From positions 12,092,001 through 12,156,000 of the forward strand of contig NW_024704742.1 of assembly GCF_018977255.1 (NCBI RefSeq): 64,000 bases of DNA. The letters run 5' to 3'. Below, in pieces: positions 12,966 through 26,439 of the stretch; positions within the stretch are counted from its first letter, which is position 1; every line of letters starts with the position of its first letter. This stretch comes from Callorhinchus milii (Eukaryota). Position numbers and translations under genes: made by a program. A model generated the notes under the pieces. That model made no database searches. It was not told where the DNA came from and saw nothing but the letters and a program-made list of their open reading frames with translations.

Positions 12966-15304
12966 TTTGACATCATAGATGTGATATTAAATAATTAACA
13001 AATGAATGTGTCCTACTTATCAGGTCATGCAGTAGTGAAGCAGAAGGAGCCACAATTTAAATGAATAATGTAAATGGCATTTTATATTTTATCACAGTAT
13101 CACAAATCCTTTTATATCTTAAGTGATGAACAAAATCCTTTAAAAAGATGCAATTCTGGGGGTGGGGGGCATCGGTCACATTTAGGTTGCGCTAGTTAAA
13201 TTTGTGTCATTGGAAATCTCATACGGAATCCATCAGTATTGCCTGCAGCAACCTTTGATACCACCAATGTATGAAAACAACAATTTGTGAAGCGCTTTGG
13301 GACGTCTAGAAGACGTGAAAAGCGCTATATCAAATGCAAGGATTATTATTATTATTGTAAAAATGATTATTGATCAGGTTGAAGCTGAATTTCACTTACA
13401 ATTTGCAATAAGCAAAATCCTTTTCCTTCTACACTTTTTTGCAAATGAAAGCTGCTTGCGGACAGCTGACAACATTACTTCAACGGACAATTTCCTACTG
13501 TTCCTCTTGCTGTTAAACAATATCTTGACCTGTCAGATTTCGTTACAGTAAGATCAAAATCTACTGAAGGGCATTTTGATGGGCTAAAATAAAAGGCAGT
13601 ATCATCCAACCAAACCATTGCTCACAGCGTAACTCTTCAAGCTCCAGCAAGTAACCTTTACGGTATAAATATTCATTTCATAAACCTGTAGCAATGAAAG
13701 CAATCCTTTAAAAATGCCGTGTCAAAATCCGGTCAAACAGCCTTAGTGGCAAGGATGATGTTCACAATCTTTATCCCACTTGAACCCTGAAGAAGATGGA
13801 CTAAAAATTGCCATTCCAAGGCGCTTTTAATAGATTGATTAAGTGAGATTGTCACTGACAACAACAGTCTGGCCTGGCAGATGTTGCAATCGGCATAAAT
13901 TGTAACAGTTAAAGGCAGCATTGGCAAAATTCAATTTGAATGTACTGTATAAATAATTATGCGAAGAAATAGCGCGAATAACTTTCAGGTTTATGTGCTA
14001 TGAAGTTTAAATTGGTCATTGTTAAAGTGTTACCATGGACACAGTTAACTGCCAGAATTCATATTTAAATTTAATCTCATAAATGCTACTGACCCAAAGG
14101 ATGATCATTAAAGGTTTAACATAGCTCAGAGCACTTTACAGGTACACTCACATTGAGACAAGACACGAGCAGTGCTACACATATCTCCACGTATTTATAC
14201 CTACCGGCAGCATGTAAAAATGTGTAATTTAAAAAGGCTTGATGTTTGAGTTGCTCACTGAGGAACCTTTCTTAGTCGAAAGGGATTTGCCACCATTTAA
14301 CATGAAGGGCCATTGAGAACAGGATTTGTTGTCTCCCCAAAAGCTATTAAAATGGATGATTTTGATAAGCACCTGTTAACCTATGCGAATAGATGAAGGT
14401 AAACATTTGCGGAGGAAGCACTGTAACATACTTTTTATACTGTGTGAAAACACCTGCAAACATTCAAGAAAGTGATCAGAGAATAAACTCTGCCATGGTT
14501 GGGTATCAAACTCTTCTCAGAAAGGAAAGGGTGTTTTTTTTTCTGCTTGTGTGTATGATTTAACATACCATCATCACCATCATCACAGATGACACCATCA
14601 TCACAGTTGTGTTTCTTACAGAAACACAAGCCACATATTGGAATGCAGTTGGTGCAATGTAGGATTGTTGTTCATGACTTGAATATATTGATTGTCCTCT
14701 TAAGAAAGAAGATTTTGCTTATTACACATTGTAAATGATATTCAGCCTTCTGCTTGTCCTCATATACTTTCTGATTATTGTTTTCATATTATCTCTATCC
14801 ATTAGGAACCATTTGGTCCGGAAATTCTAGCAGACGATTTAGAGCTTATGAATTGTACACATCTATAAGGCTTTTTACTGTGTTTTTATTTGACAGGAAT
14901 AGCAGAGACTTTCATATGAAAATAGTTGCAAGCGATAGCACTCAGCTGTTATTTCAGAGAGTGGAATCCAAAGAATGACACATTTTTTGTCAAGGGTTGT
15001 GGTAATATAAATGTAATCTAAACATTTTAAGTAGAAGCTCAAAAACAGGCCTCAGTCAGAAAATTACNTTTTTTATCCTACAGGCTCTTTAGTTTGATTG
15101 CACCAGTGGATATTCATGAAGAGGATTGGCATTAATGCTCAGAAAACCATTTAGATTTGGCTTGTCTTTTGATGTGAATTCTTTGATTTCTTTTGTTGTG
15201 CAGCAGGTAAAGAAAATAAAATGGGCTTGTTTCCGAAATAAAACATTACAGAAATTGGGGATGAACATTCAGATAAATTCAGACTTAGTAATGATTTTCT
15301 CAGC

Positions 15305-15785
15305 CTGTGGATGAGATCTGTCCTGCCTGTTCATGTGAACATTAAAGATCCCATGGCACTATTCAAAAAGATAAGGAAACTTTTCTAATGTCCAGACCAA
15401 TAATCTCCCAATAAATTTGGTCATTCACTTAATGGATGTTCGTGAGACATTGCTGTGTGCAACTAGTCTGCTTTGTTTGCCTACAAAATACACATTCACC
15501 ACATTTTATAGTAAACACTTTGAGCTGTCATCCCAACATGAAAGACAACGATGACAACAAATTACATTTGTAAAGTGCCCAAGGCGCTGGACAGTCAGGG
15601 ATTTGGACCCGAGCATAGGGGTGTGATCAGGGAGGGTGGAGGGCAGGGAAAGTAGGGGTGGGAAGGTAACCGAAGACAAGGTCGAAGAGGAGGGTCTTGA
15701 GAAGTGCTTTAAAGGAGGCAAGGGAGGAAGCGAGACAAAGGGACTGGGGGATGGGCTTTCAAAGGGTGAAGGCAGAGAAGCTGAA
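15305..15785. mobile_element. Deu SINE 3' part (+, ~15305-15545) abutting an L2 3' end (-, ~15553-15785)
   Basis: AAAGATCCCATGGCACTATTC Deu motif; CCCAAGGCGCTGGACAGTCAGGGATTTGGACCCGAG reverse L2 tail. Confidence 0.75.
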
Positions 15786-15919
15786 CAATGAAAGGATTAT
15801 TATTTTTGGAATATTGAATTTGGGTCTTGGCTATCTCAACCTTTTGCCCTTTTTTAAAAAAAAAGTAAGCCATCTCTTGTTTATTTGGCTTTGTCCACAT
15901 CAGGCTGAAGAGTGACCAA

Positions 15920-18900
15920 TAATAATTTTAATACTTGTATTTGATATAGTGCTTTATCGTATCATTGAGACATCTCAAAGCACTTGGCAGAATATACTGT
16001 GAATTGACTTTAAGTGAATTAAAGTGTATTTTGTGGGCATAATGACCTGCTCAGAGCCTTCTGTCAATGTTGCTATGAACTAACAACTCACATTAGAACA
16101 ATTCAGGAATGAGTATCTGCCTGATTTTTTTCTTTCCCTAATATGCGGAGGTAACCAGCATCTGCTGAGTTTCTCTCCATTGCAATGGGCCTGAGATTGG
16201 GGTGGTGAGAAGCAGGTTAAATTTGTACACCTCCACTCTGGAACATTCACATAAATCACTGATCAAATCCATTTTAACCAGGAAACACTTGAGATTTCAA
16301 GGCCACACAAGTTCAAATGTGAATCGTTTTACTCACTTACTTTAGTACAAGTTACATAACTCTAAGATTCCAGATTAGTTTTGCCTCAAACTAAAGAACA
16401 AGGAATAAGAATGTTTAATCTTTACACATGCTAATTAACAGGAATTAATCTCCTCCAGTACATTGGTCTGCTCTATAAGTAGTTAAAATAAAATAATAAT
16501 AATGATGTTCCTTTACATTTGCACCTTATCACATCATCAAGCCGTCTCAAAGCATTTCACAAGATTTACTTTAAAGTACTTTATATACTTTATACTGTAA
16601 ACTGTGTCTGTGTGTCTTGTGGGCGAAACACAACAGCCAATTGTATACAGTAGTGTCCCACAAACAATCGTGGATTGAGTGACCCCATTACTATCATTTT
16701 GAAGGAATTACTACCCCTGGAAAAGTGAACCACCTTCCTTTCGAGCAAGAACCTCTGTCATGTGGATCCCTGAACCACATAACCTAATAGAGAACTGCTG
16801 ATCTAAGGAGCACTGTGAACCATGCTGAGAAGCCTATCTAAGAATGAAACTAATCAATACCAGGAGCTTTTATATACCTCTACCCACTAGGCAACCATCA
16901 GGGTTCTGAGACTAGCGTAAAGTCATGTACCACCAAAGATCAGAGATTGCAATATCTTCATGTGGCCATATACTCCCTTCCCCTATAAGACTATCAACGG
17001 TTTGAAAAAAATCAACTGGAGGTTGTATAATCCTGCTTGTCCCAAAAGTATTTTGGTTCAATCAATGCCCACCATAGGATGCCACTGGAATGTTAGAAAT
17101 CAGACTTACGTTTCAAAGAATTTTATTTTTTTTAAACTGCTTTTATTGAAACTCCTGCCAAGACAACAGATGTTCATCTGGCAAATATTCAAAGAAGAAG
17201 ACTTGCAGAATAAAGAAAATGTGATGTGTTTGGGAGTACAACTTTCAAGGCACATCTAAATGTGGTTTCTAACTGGGCCAAGTTTGAGCATTCTGGAAAT
17301 TATTTGCATTTGATTTCATGGAGAAATGGTTTTGAAGATTATCATAATTTAATGTTTCCACTCTGTTTTTAAATGGCACAGAATTTCAAAACATTTTACA
17401 TAATCATTAAGTACTGTGAAAAGCAGATTCGTGCACTAGATATTTTGTGAACTCAGGACACCTGGGCATTGTTGTTGGAAATTAAATTAAATGAAATTCA
17501 CCCACGCCCAACTCTACTTTTAACTCAACTCTGCTCTTAGCTCTATTCCTACACTGTGTTACAAGCTCAGATGTGAGTTAGCAGAAACTGAGCCAACAGG
17601 GAATCTGATGAGTAAACTGAGGTACTGATAAACACAACCATCTGTACAGGGCCCTGGTGAGTTTCAATAGTTAGAGACAGGAGATCGGAAAAAAGGAACA
17701 GGAAGAGGCTGTTCAACCGACTGAGCCTGTTCCATGAGTTTAATGGATCTTGGCAGATGTTTTAAGGCTTTGCCTTTACATCTCCAGTTGTGATCACTCT
17801 AATTGGTTAGGGTTTTTACTTCAAGGGTTACTTGAGGTGAAGATGACCCACTCGAAGTCTCATTGAAACAGCATGGTCAATAAATCAAATGTTCTGGAGT
17901 TGTGTCCCCGGACAAGCACTCTGGGGCTCTAGCCCGTGTGAAGGGTGTTATATAAATGCAAGTTGTTGTTGTTGTACTGTGGAACTCATGCTCCAACATG
18001 GTGCTAGGAGAATGTTGCATTGTCATAATTGCTCTCCTTTTGGATGAGACTTCTGTTAAAAAAGGAATGTCATAAATCCCCATTCAAAAAGAAGAATGTT
18101 TCACTTGGTCTCCTGGTCCAAAACCCCCTAAATGAAAAGAAATTGGTCACTCACTTCATAGCTGTTTGTAGGACCTTGCTGTACAAATACTGTGATGGCA
18201 GTTGCCTAAAAATACTGCTTTGAGAAGGTTTGACATAAGACACTGCTTCAAATGCAAGGATTATTATTGTTATTATATATGGGAGGAATAGATAACTTCA
18301 GAAAATGCAACAATTTGTTTTAATTGGGAAAAGATTGAGATTCAGGCATCTTGAAAATTATGAGCAAGAGAGTCAAGTAGATAAGATGATGAGAAAAGAG
18401 AAAATTTGGGCAATTAAATTCAAGAGTCACTCAACCCTGCCTATCACAGACTTCCCCAGCACTTCATCTTTTGGTAACAATATAGAAGAGATTCCTTATA
18501 AAGCTTAAAAGTAATCAAATAAAAATGTTACAATATTTATGCATCCATTGTCTCAACTATTCAATATATGTTTGTTGCTTCCATGGCTTCTATTTTCTCA
18601 TTTTAGTTCATATCCATCTTAGCTCTTCCAACTATTCTCAAGCAGATACATATCTAGTTTATTCAGGAATGGAAAACAAATGGTATTTGGGGGGTAAAAC
18701 AGTATTTTTATCTCTCGCTCTTTCACTCATGTTCTCGCTCTCTTGCTCTCTTTCTCCCCACCGCCCCGCCAATTCCTTTCTCAGACATGCACGCCCTCCG
18801 TCCTTAAAATAATAATAATAATCCTTCCATTTGATATAATGCCTTATCACGTCTTTTGAGACATTTCAAAGCGTTTCAAATAATAATCTTTGCATTTGAC

Positions 18901-19048
18901 ATAGCACTCTTCATGTCTCAAAGTGTTTCACAGAATATACTGTACAGTGAATATACTGTATATTTGTGGGCGAAATGCCCTGCCAGAAATCAAATCCAGT
19001 TCTCTCGCTTGCCAGGCGAGTGCTCTAACCACTGAGGTACAGGATTCC
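15920..19048. mobile_element. Scattered fragments: SINE ~15920-16040(-), ~16495-16730(-), ~18808-19048(-); CR1 3' end ~17680-17760(-); Deu SINE ~18020-18275(+)
   Basis: Each matches family motifs seen in intact copies elsewhere in the window; intervening DNA is unique. Confidence 0.65.
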
Positions 19049-20070
19049 TAAAATAGATTAAATACGACTACAATAATGTTAATTATTGAAGTATAATGAA
19101 AGTTGCTTCTAATAGCTACTCTATACAAATTATTGGAAGAGCTCTTGTGTGCATTGAACGCCTCAGAGACAGGTGTCTCATTCATCTTCTTGGCGTAACT
19201 ATATGAGGGATATTAAATGAGAGGAGGGGGATGAAAGTTCTTTGAATCTAAGAACTGTTTCAAGTATAGTCGCTGGCAAAATAAACATGAACATCACTTC
19301 TGAATGATCACCAAAATTCAACCATTGATGCATTTCAGGAAAAAAAATCAAACTATTTACTAAATTAAAATGTATTAAAAAAATGACGGTTGCTCTTGGG
19401 TGAGTAGTCATGGTTGAACAAGATATCCTCTGTTCCAAGAAATGCACCATCTTGATTGACTGAGATTCATTACATGATTTATAATGTAAATATATTGTAG
19501 CTTAGAAGGTAGGTTTTTCTGCCAACTACCAGGCTGATGGACTTATCCTCTGACTACATTGCTGGCTGTCAGCTATAAGATTATTCATTCACTTCTATTG
19601 CTGGCAACTCATGAATACCAGCTCTACCATCCACTCTCAAAGGTTATACTTAGTTCTGAACCGTGCGCAATGAACCTATACAGAAGCTATATTTAACCAT
19701 AATTTGTCATTTCTGAGACAAATCTGCCCATTTTGATGGAATGGATTGGCCTTTAATTGTCTTATTTCAGCTGTGCATGTGTGGGAACATTGAAGACTAG
19801 AATCTTAACTGTAAATGCTTACTTCATCTCACTTCAAAGCCTCCCTCTGCAATCAGGATTTTTAAAAAATAACTGTTGAATACACTAGGAGGTTAAAGTC
19901 CTCCAAAAGGCTATTGCACAAGGTAAGGGCCACGGATTAATGGAGACATATTAGCATGGATTGAAGAGTGGCTAACGGGTAGAAAACAGAGAGTAGGTTC
20001 ATTCTCGAAATGGCAGGATGTCACTGGTGGAGTGCCACAAGGATCAATGCTTGGGTCTCAGCTATTTATT

Positions 20071-20400
20071 GTGGAGTCCTGTAGCTCAGTGGTTAGAGCA
20101 CTCGCTTTGCAAGCGAGAGACCTGAGTTCAATTCCAGGCAGAGCGAAACCTTGGGCAAGTTTCCTTACTCCACACAGAGCCTAATAATAATCCCTCCAAA
20201 ACCCCCAAAAACAATAATAAATTGGTCATTTTCAATCTACGACTGTTTGTGGGACATTGCTGTGCGCAGTAGGCTGCCGCGTTCGCCCACAAATATACAG
20301 TTAATTCACTTTACAGTGTATTCTGTGAAGCGCTTTGGGACGTCCTCCCGACGTGAAAAGCGCTATATCAAATGCCAGGATTATTATTATTATTATTATT
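20071..20400 (+). mobile_element. tRNA-Ala SINE, short form, inserted in CR1
   Basis: Complete; (TTA)n tail; CR1 resumes TTTACAATTT. Confidence 0.92.
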
Positions 20401-20414
20401 TACAATTTAAAATG

Positions 20415-21228
20415 CTGATGCTGTCAGCACCTCTGGCTGCACTCTCCACCTCTCAAAGCAGTCAGGAACCTCGGTGTTCTGTTCGACCCTGAGCTGTCCT
20501 TTCTCCTTCATATCCGCGCCACAACTGGCGCCGCCTTCCATCACCTCCGGAACATCGCCAGACTACGGCACTACCTCACCCCTCACGCTGCTGAAACTCT
20601 GGTCCACGCCTTGATCACCTCAAGGCTGGACTATGGGAACTCTCTCCTCACCGGCCTTCCCGGCACCTCCCTCCTCAAGCTGCAGGTCATTCAGAACTCT
20701 GCAGCTCGTGTACTGTCCCGCACCAGGACCACATCACTCCCACCCTCGCTCGCCTCCACTGGCTCCCCATCCCCCAGAGGATCGAATTCAAGATCCTCAT
20801 CCTCACCTACAAGGCCATTCACGGCCTTGCTCCCTCCTACCTCTCCGACCTACTATCCCCCTACTTACCTGCCCATACCCTCCATTCCTCTGGCTCCGGT
20901 CTGCTCCACATCCCCCGCCTCAACCGCCCTACCATCGGTGGCCGGGTCTTTAGCCTCTCAGCCCCTAGGGTCTGGAACGCTATCCCCCAGTGCCTTCGCC
21001 GCCTCCTCCCTTTCCTCCTTCAAGGCCAGTCTCAAGACCTTTCTCTTTGACCGTGCCTTCAGCTCCCCTCTCGACTCTCTACCCCCTCCTCGCTCCCTCC
21101 CTTCCCTCCCCTCACCCTGACCATTTCCCCCCTGCTCGAGTCTTGACCCAACTGTCCAGCGCCTTGGGACGTCCTCCCGACGTCAAAGGCGCTCTATAAA
21201 TGGAATCTTGTTGTTGTTGTTGTTGTTG
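20415..21228 (+). mobile_element. Young L2 3' fragment inserted in CR1
   Basis: FHHLRNIARLRHYLTPHAAETLVHALITSRLDYGNSLLTGLP; (TTG)n tail; 3' UTR nearly identical to 25798-26040 and 36348-36580. Confidence 0.92.
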
Positions 21229-23439
21229 TAAATCAATGATCTAGATGAGGACAGTGAATGTAACGTATCTAAATTTGTGGATGACACTAAACTAGGTGGG
21301 AGAGTCAGCTCTGAGGATGATGCAAAAAGATTGCAACGGTTATAGATAGGCTCGGGGAGTGGGGAGTAGGTGGCAGATGGAATTTAATATGGAGAAATGT
21401 GAAGTTATTCACTTAGGTTGCAAAAATAGAAGCACAGATTATTTTCTAGAGGGGGAGAGATTAGATAGTGTTAGTGTTCAGAGGAATTTGGGTGTCCTTG
21501 TACACCAGTCTCAAAAAGTTAGTTTGCAGGTGCAGCAAGCAACTAAGAAGGCGAATGGCATGTTAGCGTTCATTGCAAAAGGTTTAGAGTACAAGAGTAG
21601 GGAGGTCTTGCTGCAACTATATATAGGGCCTTGGTGAGACCGCACCTAGAGTATTGTGTGCAGTTTTGGTCTCCTTATTTAAAAAAGGACATACTTGCCC
21701 TAGAGGGGGTGCAGCGTAGATTCACGAGGTTAGTTCCTGGGATGAGGGGACTGACCTATGAGGATAGGCTGAATAAACTAGGGCTGTATTCTTTAGAGTA
21801 CAGAAGAATTAGGGGAGATCTTATTGAAACATATAAGATTCCTAAAGGGCTGATAAAGTAGACACTGAGAGTCTGTTTCCCCTGGTAGGAGAATCTATAA
21901 CCAGGGATTACAGTCTTAAAATTAAGGGTCAGCCTTTTAGAACAGAGTTGAGGAAACATTTCTTCACTCAGAGTGAATTTATGGAATTCACTACCCCAGA
22001 AGGCGGTAGATGCTCAGTCTTTGAGCATGTTCCAGACTGAGACTGATAGATTTTTAAACAACAGAGGCATTAGGGGATATGGGGATAGGACAGGTAATTA
22101 GAGTTAACATAATCTAAAATATCCTCCACATGTATAAAAACTCTGCAAACATTTTCACATTAAATGGCTCTGAAATAGGTGTAGTTAACATATGAAAGAA
22201 TAACCAGGCAATCCAATCTCAAATGAACTATCCTTCTAAAGGTCAGATACTTTGATCGGATCGCTTGGACGTTTGCTGCATATTGTTGAAATCCTGAACT
22301 TCACTAAAATAGCACCAGCTTGAAATATTTCCCCAGTTTTGTATTACTTTCCATGAAGGAGACAGGCCCTGTTTTCAAGCGAATACTAGTTTGAAGAGCT
22401 TGACTTCAAAGAATAGAGAGATCATCGTAAAATTAGAGGCTCCTGTGAAGATCCAGTGGAAATGGAGAAGTTTGCTTATTTTTGCAAATAATAATAATAA
22501 TCCTTATTAGGTATGCCTCCTTTCACGTTGGGAACACATCTCAAAGTGCTTCACAGGATATACTGTAAAGTGCAGTCATTGCGTGTAATGTGTGTAAATC
22601 ATAAATTACTGGAATAAAACTTTCCTTTCATTTCTTGGCAGATGTAACCGAGAAATCACAGTAACAATAATAATGTGCATTATTGGTCAGTATTCATCAC
22701 TGAAAGATGACAAGCAGATTTCATTCTTGAACCTCTCCTTCATAAGATTTTAACTCTCTTGCAGTTTCGTAGAGGGCTTTCAAATTACATTTTTAACACT
22801 CTTTACAAGTGCAGTCTGACGCCTGCAATGAATGCAGCAAAAAAAAGGTTAAGCAAGTGAACCATGCAGTTCACTCAACCTCCTGGTGCTGAATTGTTTT
22901 AAAGAAGATATTTCTTTGTTATTTGATATTGCTGGCTTTGTGTTTCTCTTTTGATCTTTTTCCCATAACAATAATAATAACAATAATAATAATATTTTTC
23001 CCATCAAGGTTTAATGGAGGTAGTTGCCGACAGACTGTGAACTATCGGCACTAAATGTTTTTGTTAGGTTATAAAGTAGTTCTATGTACTTTGTTTCAGT
23101 GCACGTTTGATTATAACACAATTGGGGATGCGGATCACAATATTTACTTAAGAAGAAAGATCTAAATTGCAGGCAGGAGGCAGCTGATGCACATGGAAGT
23201 AATAGCAATGATTTGATGACCCAAAAGTCATCAATTTTTTTTTAGTATGAAGAGCCTGTCTGCACATGGAAACACTTGCAATACATGGGCGTAGAATGGC
23301 AAAGTGCTGACCAGCAATCAGGCTCCATTTATAGCACAGGTTGGGGTTGGGTAGACCCTAACTATTGTGTTATTATGGGGTTCTTCTACATCCTCCAATT
23401 AAGGGCATAATATTTTATTTTTAAGGTACAGTTCATGGC

Positions 23440-24752
23440 ACGACTGTTCGTGGGACACTGCTGTGCTCAATTGGCTGCTGCATTTTGCCCACAAAATATG
23501 CATTCAATTCACTTTCCAGTATATTCTGTGAAGAGTTTTGAGTTGTCTTGAAGATGTGATAAGGCACTATATCAAATGTAAGGATTATTATTATATGATT
23601 ACAGTGGAGGCTTCATTGAGGAGGTGAGGGAGGAGGGTAAACTTTGAGGTAAGTGGTAGGGAAATTACTGTGGTAAATACTGTGCGATTCGAACTGTGAT
23701 AAATGACTTACTGATCCTGCCACATTGGTGTTGTTTAACAGTCCAGGGACACTCTGTGCATACCAGAATGTAAATTAGAGCAAATGTGTTTCTTTGGCCA
23801 TCTGGTGTTGAGATTTTTGATGAGACCCTACATCAAAATCCCTGACTGTCCAGCATCTCAGGACGACTTCCTGACATGAAAGGCGCTATACAAATGTAAT
23901 TTTGTATTGTATCATTAGATATTTTAGACAGCAAAATTAAGAAGGCAAACAATGCTACGTACTTTGAAAGAAATATGCTTCATTAGTTTCCGGAAGGATC
24001 CGCCATCCTTCTGTTGTTGGTATTTGATAAATAATAATAATAATAATAATAATCCTTGCTTTTAATATAGCGCTTTTCACGTCGGGAGGACGTCCCAAAG
24101 CGCTTCACAGTACACACTGTAAAGTGAATTGACTGTATATTTGTGGGCGAACGCGGCAGCCAATTGCGCACAGCAATGTCCCACAAACAGTCGTAGATTG
24201 AAAATGACCAATTTATTATTTTGGGGGGTTTTGGAGGGATTATTATTAGGCTCTGTGTGGAGTAAAGAAACTTGCCCAAGGTTTCGCCCTCTGCCTGGAA
24301 TTGAACTCAGGTCTCTCACTTGCAAAGCGAGTGCTCTAACCACTGAGCTACAGGACTCCAAATAATAATTGTTAAACACTGAGTGCAAGAACTCTCGCCC
24401 TCTCACTCCCCTCAATGTTTCTCCCCACCCCCCACTTCACCTCCCCAATTCCCCTTCTCCCAAAGCCTCTACTAGATCATGAAGAAAAAATACAAATACA
24501 ATACAATTTACTGGAGACTGCTGCATAAAAACATTTTGTGTTAGTAATAATAATAATCCTTGCATTTGATATAGCGCTTTTCACGTCGGGAGGACATCCC
24601 AAAGTGCTTCACAGAACACACTGTAAAGTGAATTGACTGTATATTTGTGGGCGAACGCGGCAGCCAATTGCACACAGCATTGTCCCACAAACAGTCGTAG
24701 ATTGAAAATGACCAATTTAATTATTGTTTTTGGTTTTGGAGAGATTATTATT
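23440..24752. mobile_element. SINE copies: ~23440-23592(+), complete short form 24029-24360(-), truncated 24547-24752(-); L2 tail ~23835-23910(+)
   Basis: Family motifs; the 24547-24752 copy is flanked by TTAGTA on both sides (candidate target-site duplication). Confidence 0.85.
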
Positions 24753-24819
24753 AGTACTTTCAACTATAGACTATCCAGACATTAGTTTTCTCCCATTGTT
24801 AGCTGGGTTCATTTGGTTG

Positions 24820-25685
24820 CACTCTCGCCTCTGGGTAAGAAAGTTGTGGGGTGATACCCCACGTTGGGACATTGAACTCACTGTTTAGGTTATTACAGTG
24901 TAGTACTGGGGGAGCGCTGCATTGTAAGAGCTGCTGTCCTTCGGGTGAGACTAAACAAAGTTTTATTGTTCTGTTTCTCAACAACAACAAATTATACATG
25001 TATAGCGCCCTTCACGTCAGAAAGACGTCCCAGAGCGCTGGGCAATCAGGGTTTTGTGCATCAACCTGGCTTTTGGAGCATAGTAAGTTTAAATAAGTTT
25101 AGCAAAGTTTAAATATCTTAAAATAAAAGGAAGTCTTTTGTAAGTTTTATGTACAAGATGAGAAGGAAAACTGTTTAAAAATGGCTATGAAGTGCAAAAA
25201 AAGGTTGAGATCAGTTTGAAAATTAAGATAGAGATTCCGATTTGGGTAAATCAAAATTTACTTAATTGTTTTAGGCTGAGATTGTGCTGCATTGTCAGAG
25301 GTACTGTCTTTCAGATGAAATATTAAACCGAGGTCCTGTCTCCCTATTCATTCAGGTGGACGTTAAAGATCCCATGCTACTATTTGCAAAGGGAAGGGAG
25401 TTTCTATCAGTATCCTGGCAAACAATCCCCCAGATAAAATTGATCATTCATTTCATGGCTATTTGTAGGACATTGTCAGGCTCCGCCACTGTTAAGCACA
25501 CTGAGACACTACCCTGCATGGAGGCCGCTATATAAGTGTAAGTTGCTGTTGTTGTTGTGTTGTTGGGAGTATTTTGGCTGCCGAGTTTGCCCACAACAAA
25601 CACGATCACTAATTAATTTTGTCAATTCTATGATGATCTTTGAATTGTCCTCCCAACGTATATAGAATGCAAGGATCATTACTAT
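24820..25685 (+). mobile_element. Two Deu-SINE relics (~24820-24960, ~25283-25685), each cut by short L2 tails
   Basis: GCACTCTCGCCTCTGGGT head; TGTCTTTCAGATGAAATATTAAACCGAGGTCCTGTC...GGTGGACGTTAAAGATCCCATG core. Confidence 0.75.
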
Positions 25686-25797
25686 AATTTGAAGGCTGAT
25701 TTCTCCACTGCTCTTAGAAATAATCACCAATTTAAGATTCAATTTAAACATTATCCATAATTCTTCACAATACTTTCATTTTAAGATAAAAAGGCCT

Positions 25798-26040
25798 TAC
25801 AACAACAACAACAACATTCCATTCATAGAGCGCCTTTCATGTCGGGAGGACGTCCCAAGGCACTGTACAGTTGGGTCAGGACCTGAGAAGGGGGGAAATG
25901 GTAAGGGTGAGGGGAGGGAAGGAAGGGAGCGAGGAGGGGGTAGAGAGTCGAGAGGGGAGCTGAAGGCTCGGTCAAAGAGAAAGGTCTTGAGACTGGCCTT
26001 GAAGGAGGAAAGGGAGGAGGCGGCGAAGGCACTGGGGGGA
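25798..26040 (-). mobile_element. Young L2 3' end
   Basis: Reverse complement nearly identical to ~20985-21228. Confidence 0.9.
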
Positions 26041-26439
26041 TAGAGTTTCAGAGTTACAGGCAAAGATGAGGTCAAATTCCAGGCCTCGGGATTTTAAATA
26101 TTAGAATCTTTTGAATTCCTTCCACATCTAAACATTTTTTTAAAAAAATATATTTTTTAAAAAGAAGTATGTTCTTTTAATCAATGGTTGAGACTGGGTC
26201 ACTGAAGCATCTCTTCTTGCCAGAGGTTTACCTTTTGAAATTTGATCTGGAAATCTGTAAATTTAAGATGTCACTGCATCAGGCATTAGGACCACATGAT
26301 TTGCTCATGCAGAAGACTTGAAGCCTCCATCTTGCTATGGGCTGCGTTTGATCAATAAGCACAGACAGAGTTCCCTACGGAATCTTTGCACATTAAGCAG
26401 TCAAGCAGGCAGATTCATACAGAGAATTATATGATTATC

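Larger units (their letters stand above)
19905..22105 (+). mobile_element. 5'-truncated CR1 LINE (RT to 3' UTR) carrying nested SINE and L2 insertions
   Basis: GVPQGSMLGSQLF before the inserts; INDLDE...KFVDDTKLGG...WQMEFNMEKCEVIHLG...[20 protein letters not shown] after; multiple frameshifts. Confidence 0.92.

Noticed and set aside
17605..17635. CTGATGA as a second hammerhead core
   Set aside because: No GAAA after a stem II and no Penelope context
20151..20492. Recurrent short ORFs with [14 protein letters not shown]...YQMQGLL or YYYY as a peptide family
   Set aside because: Chance translations of the SINE 3' half; frames differ between copies
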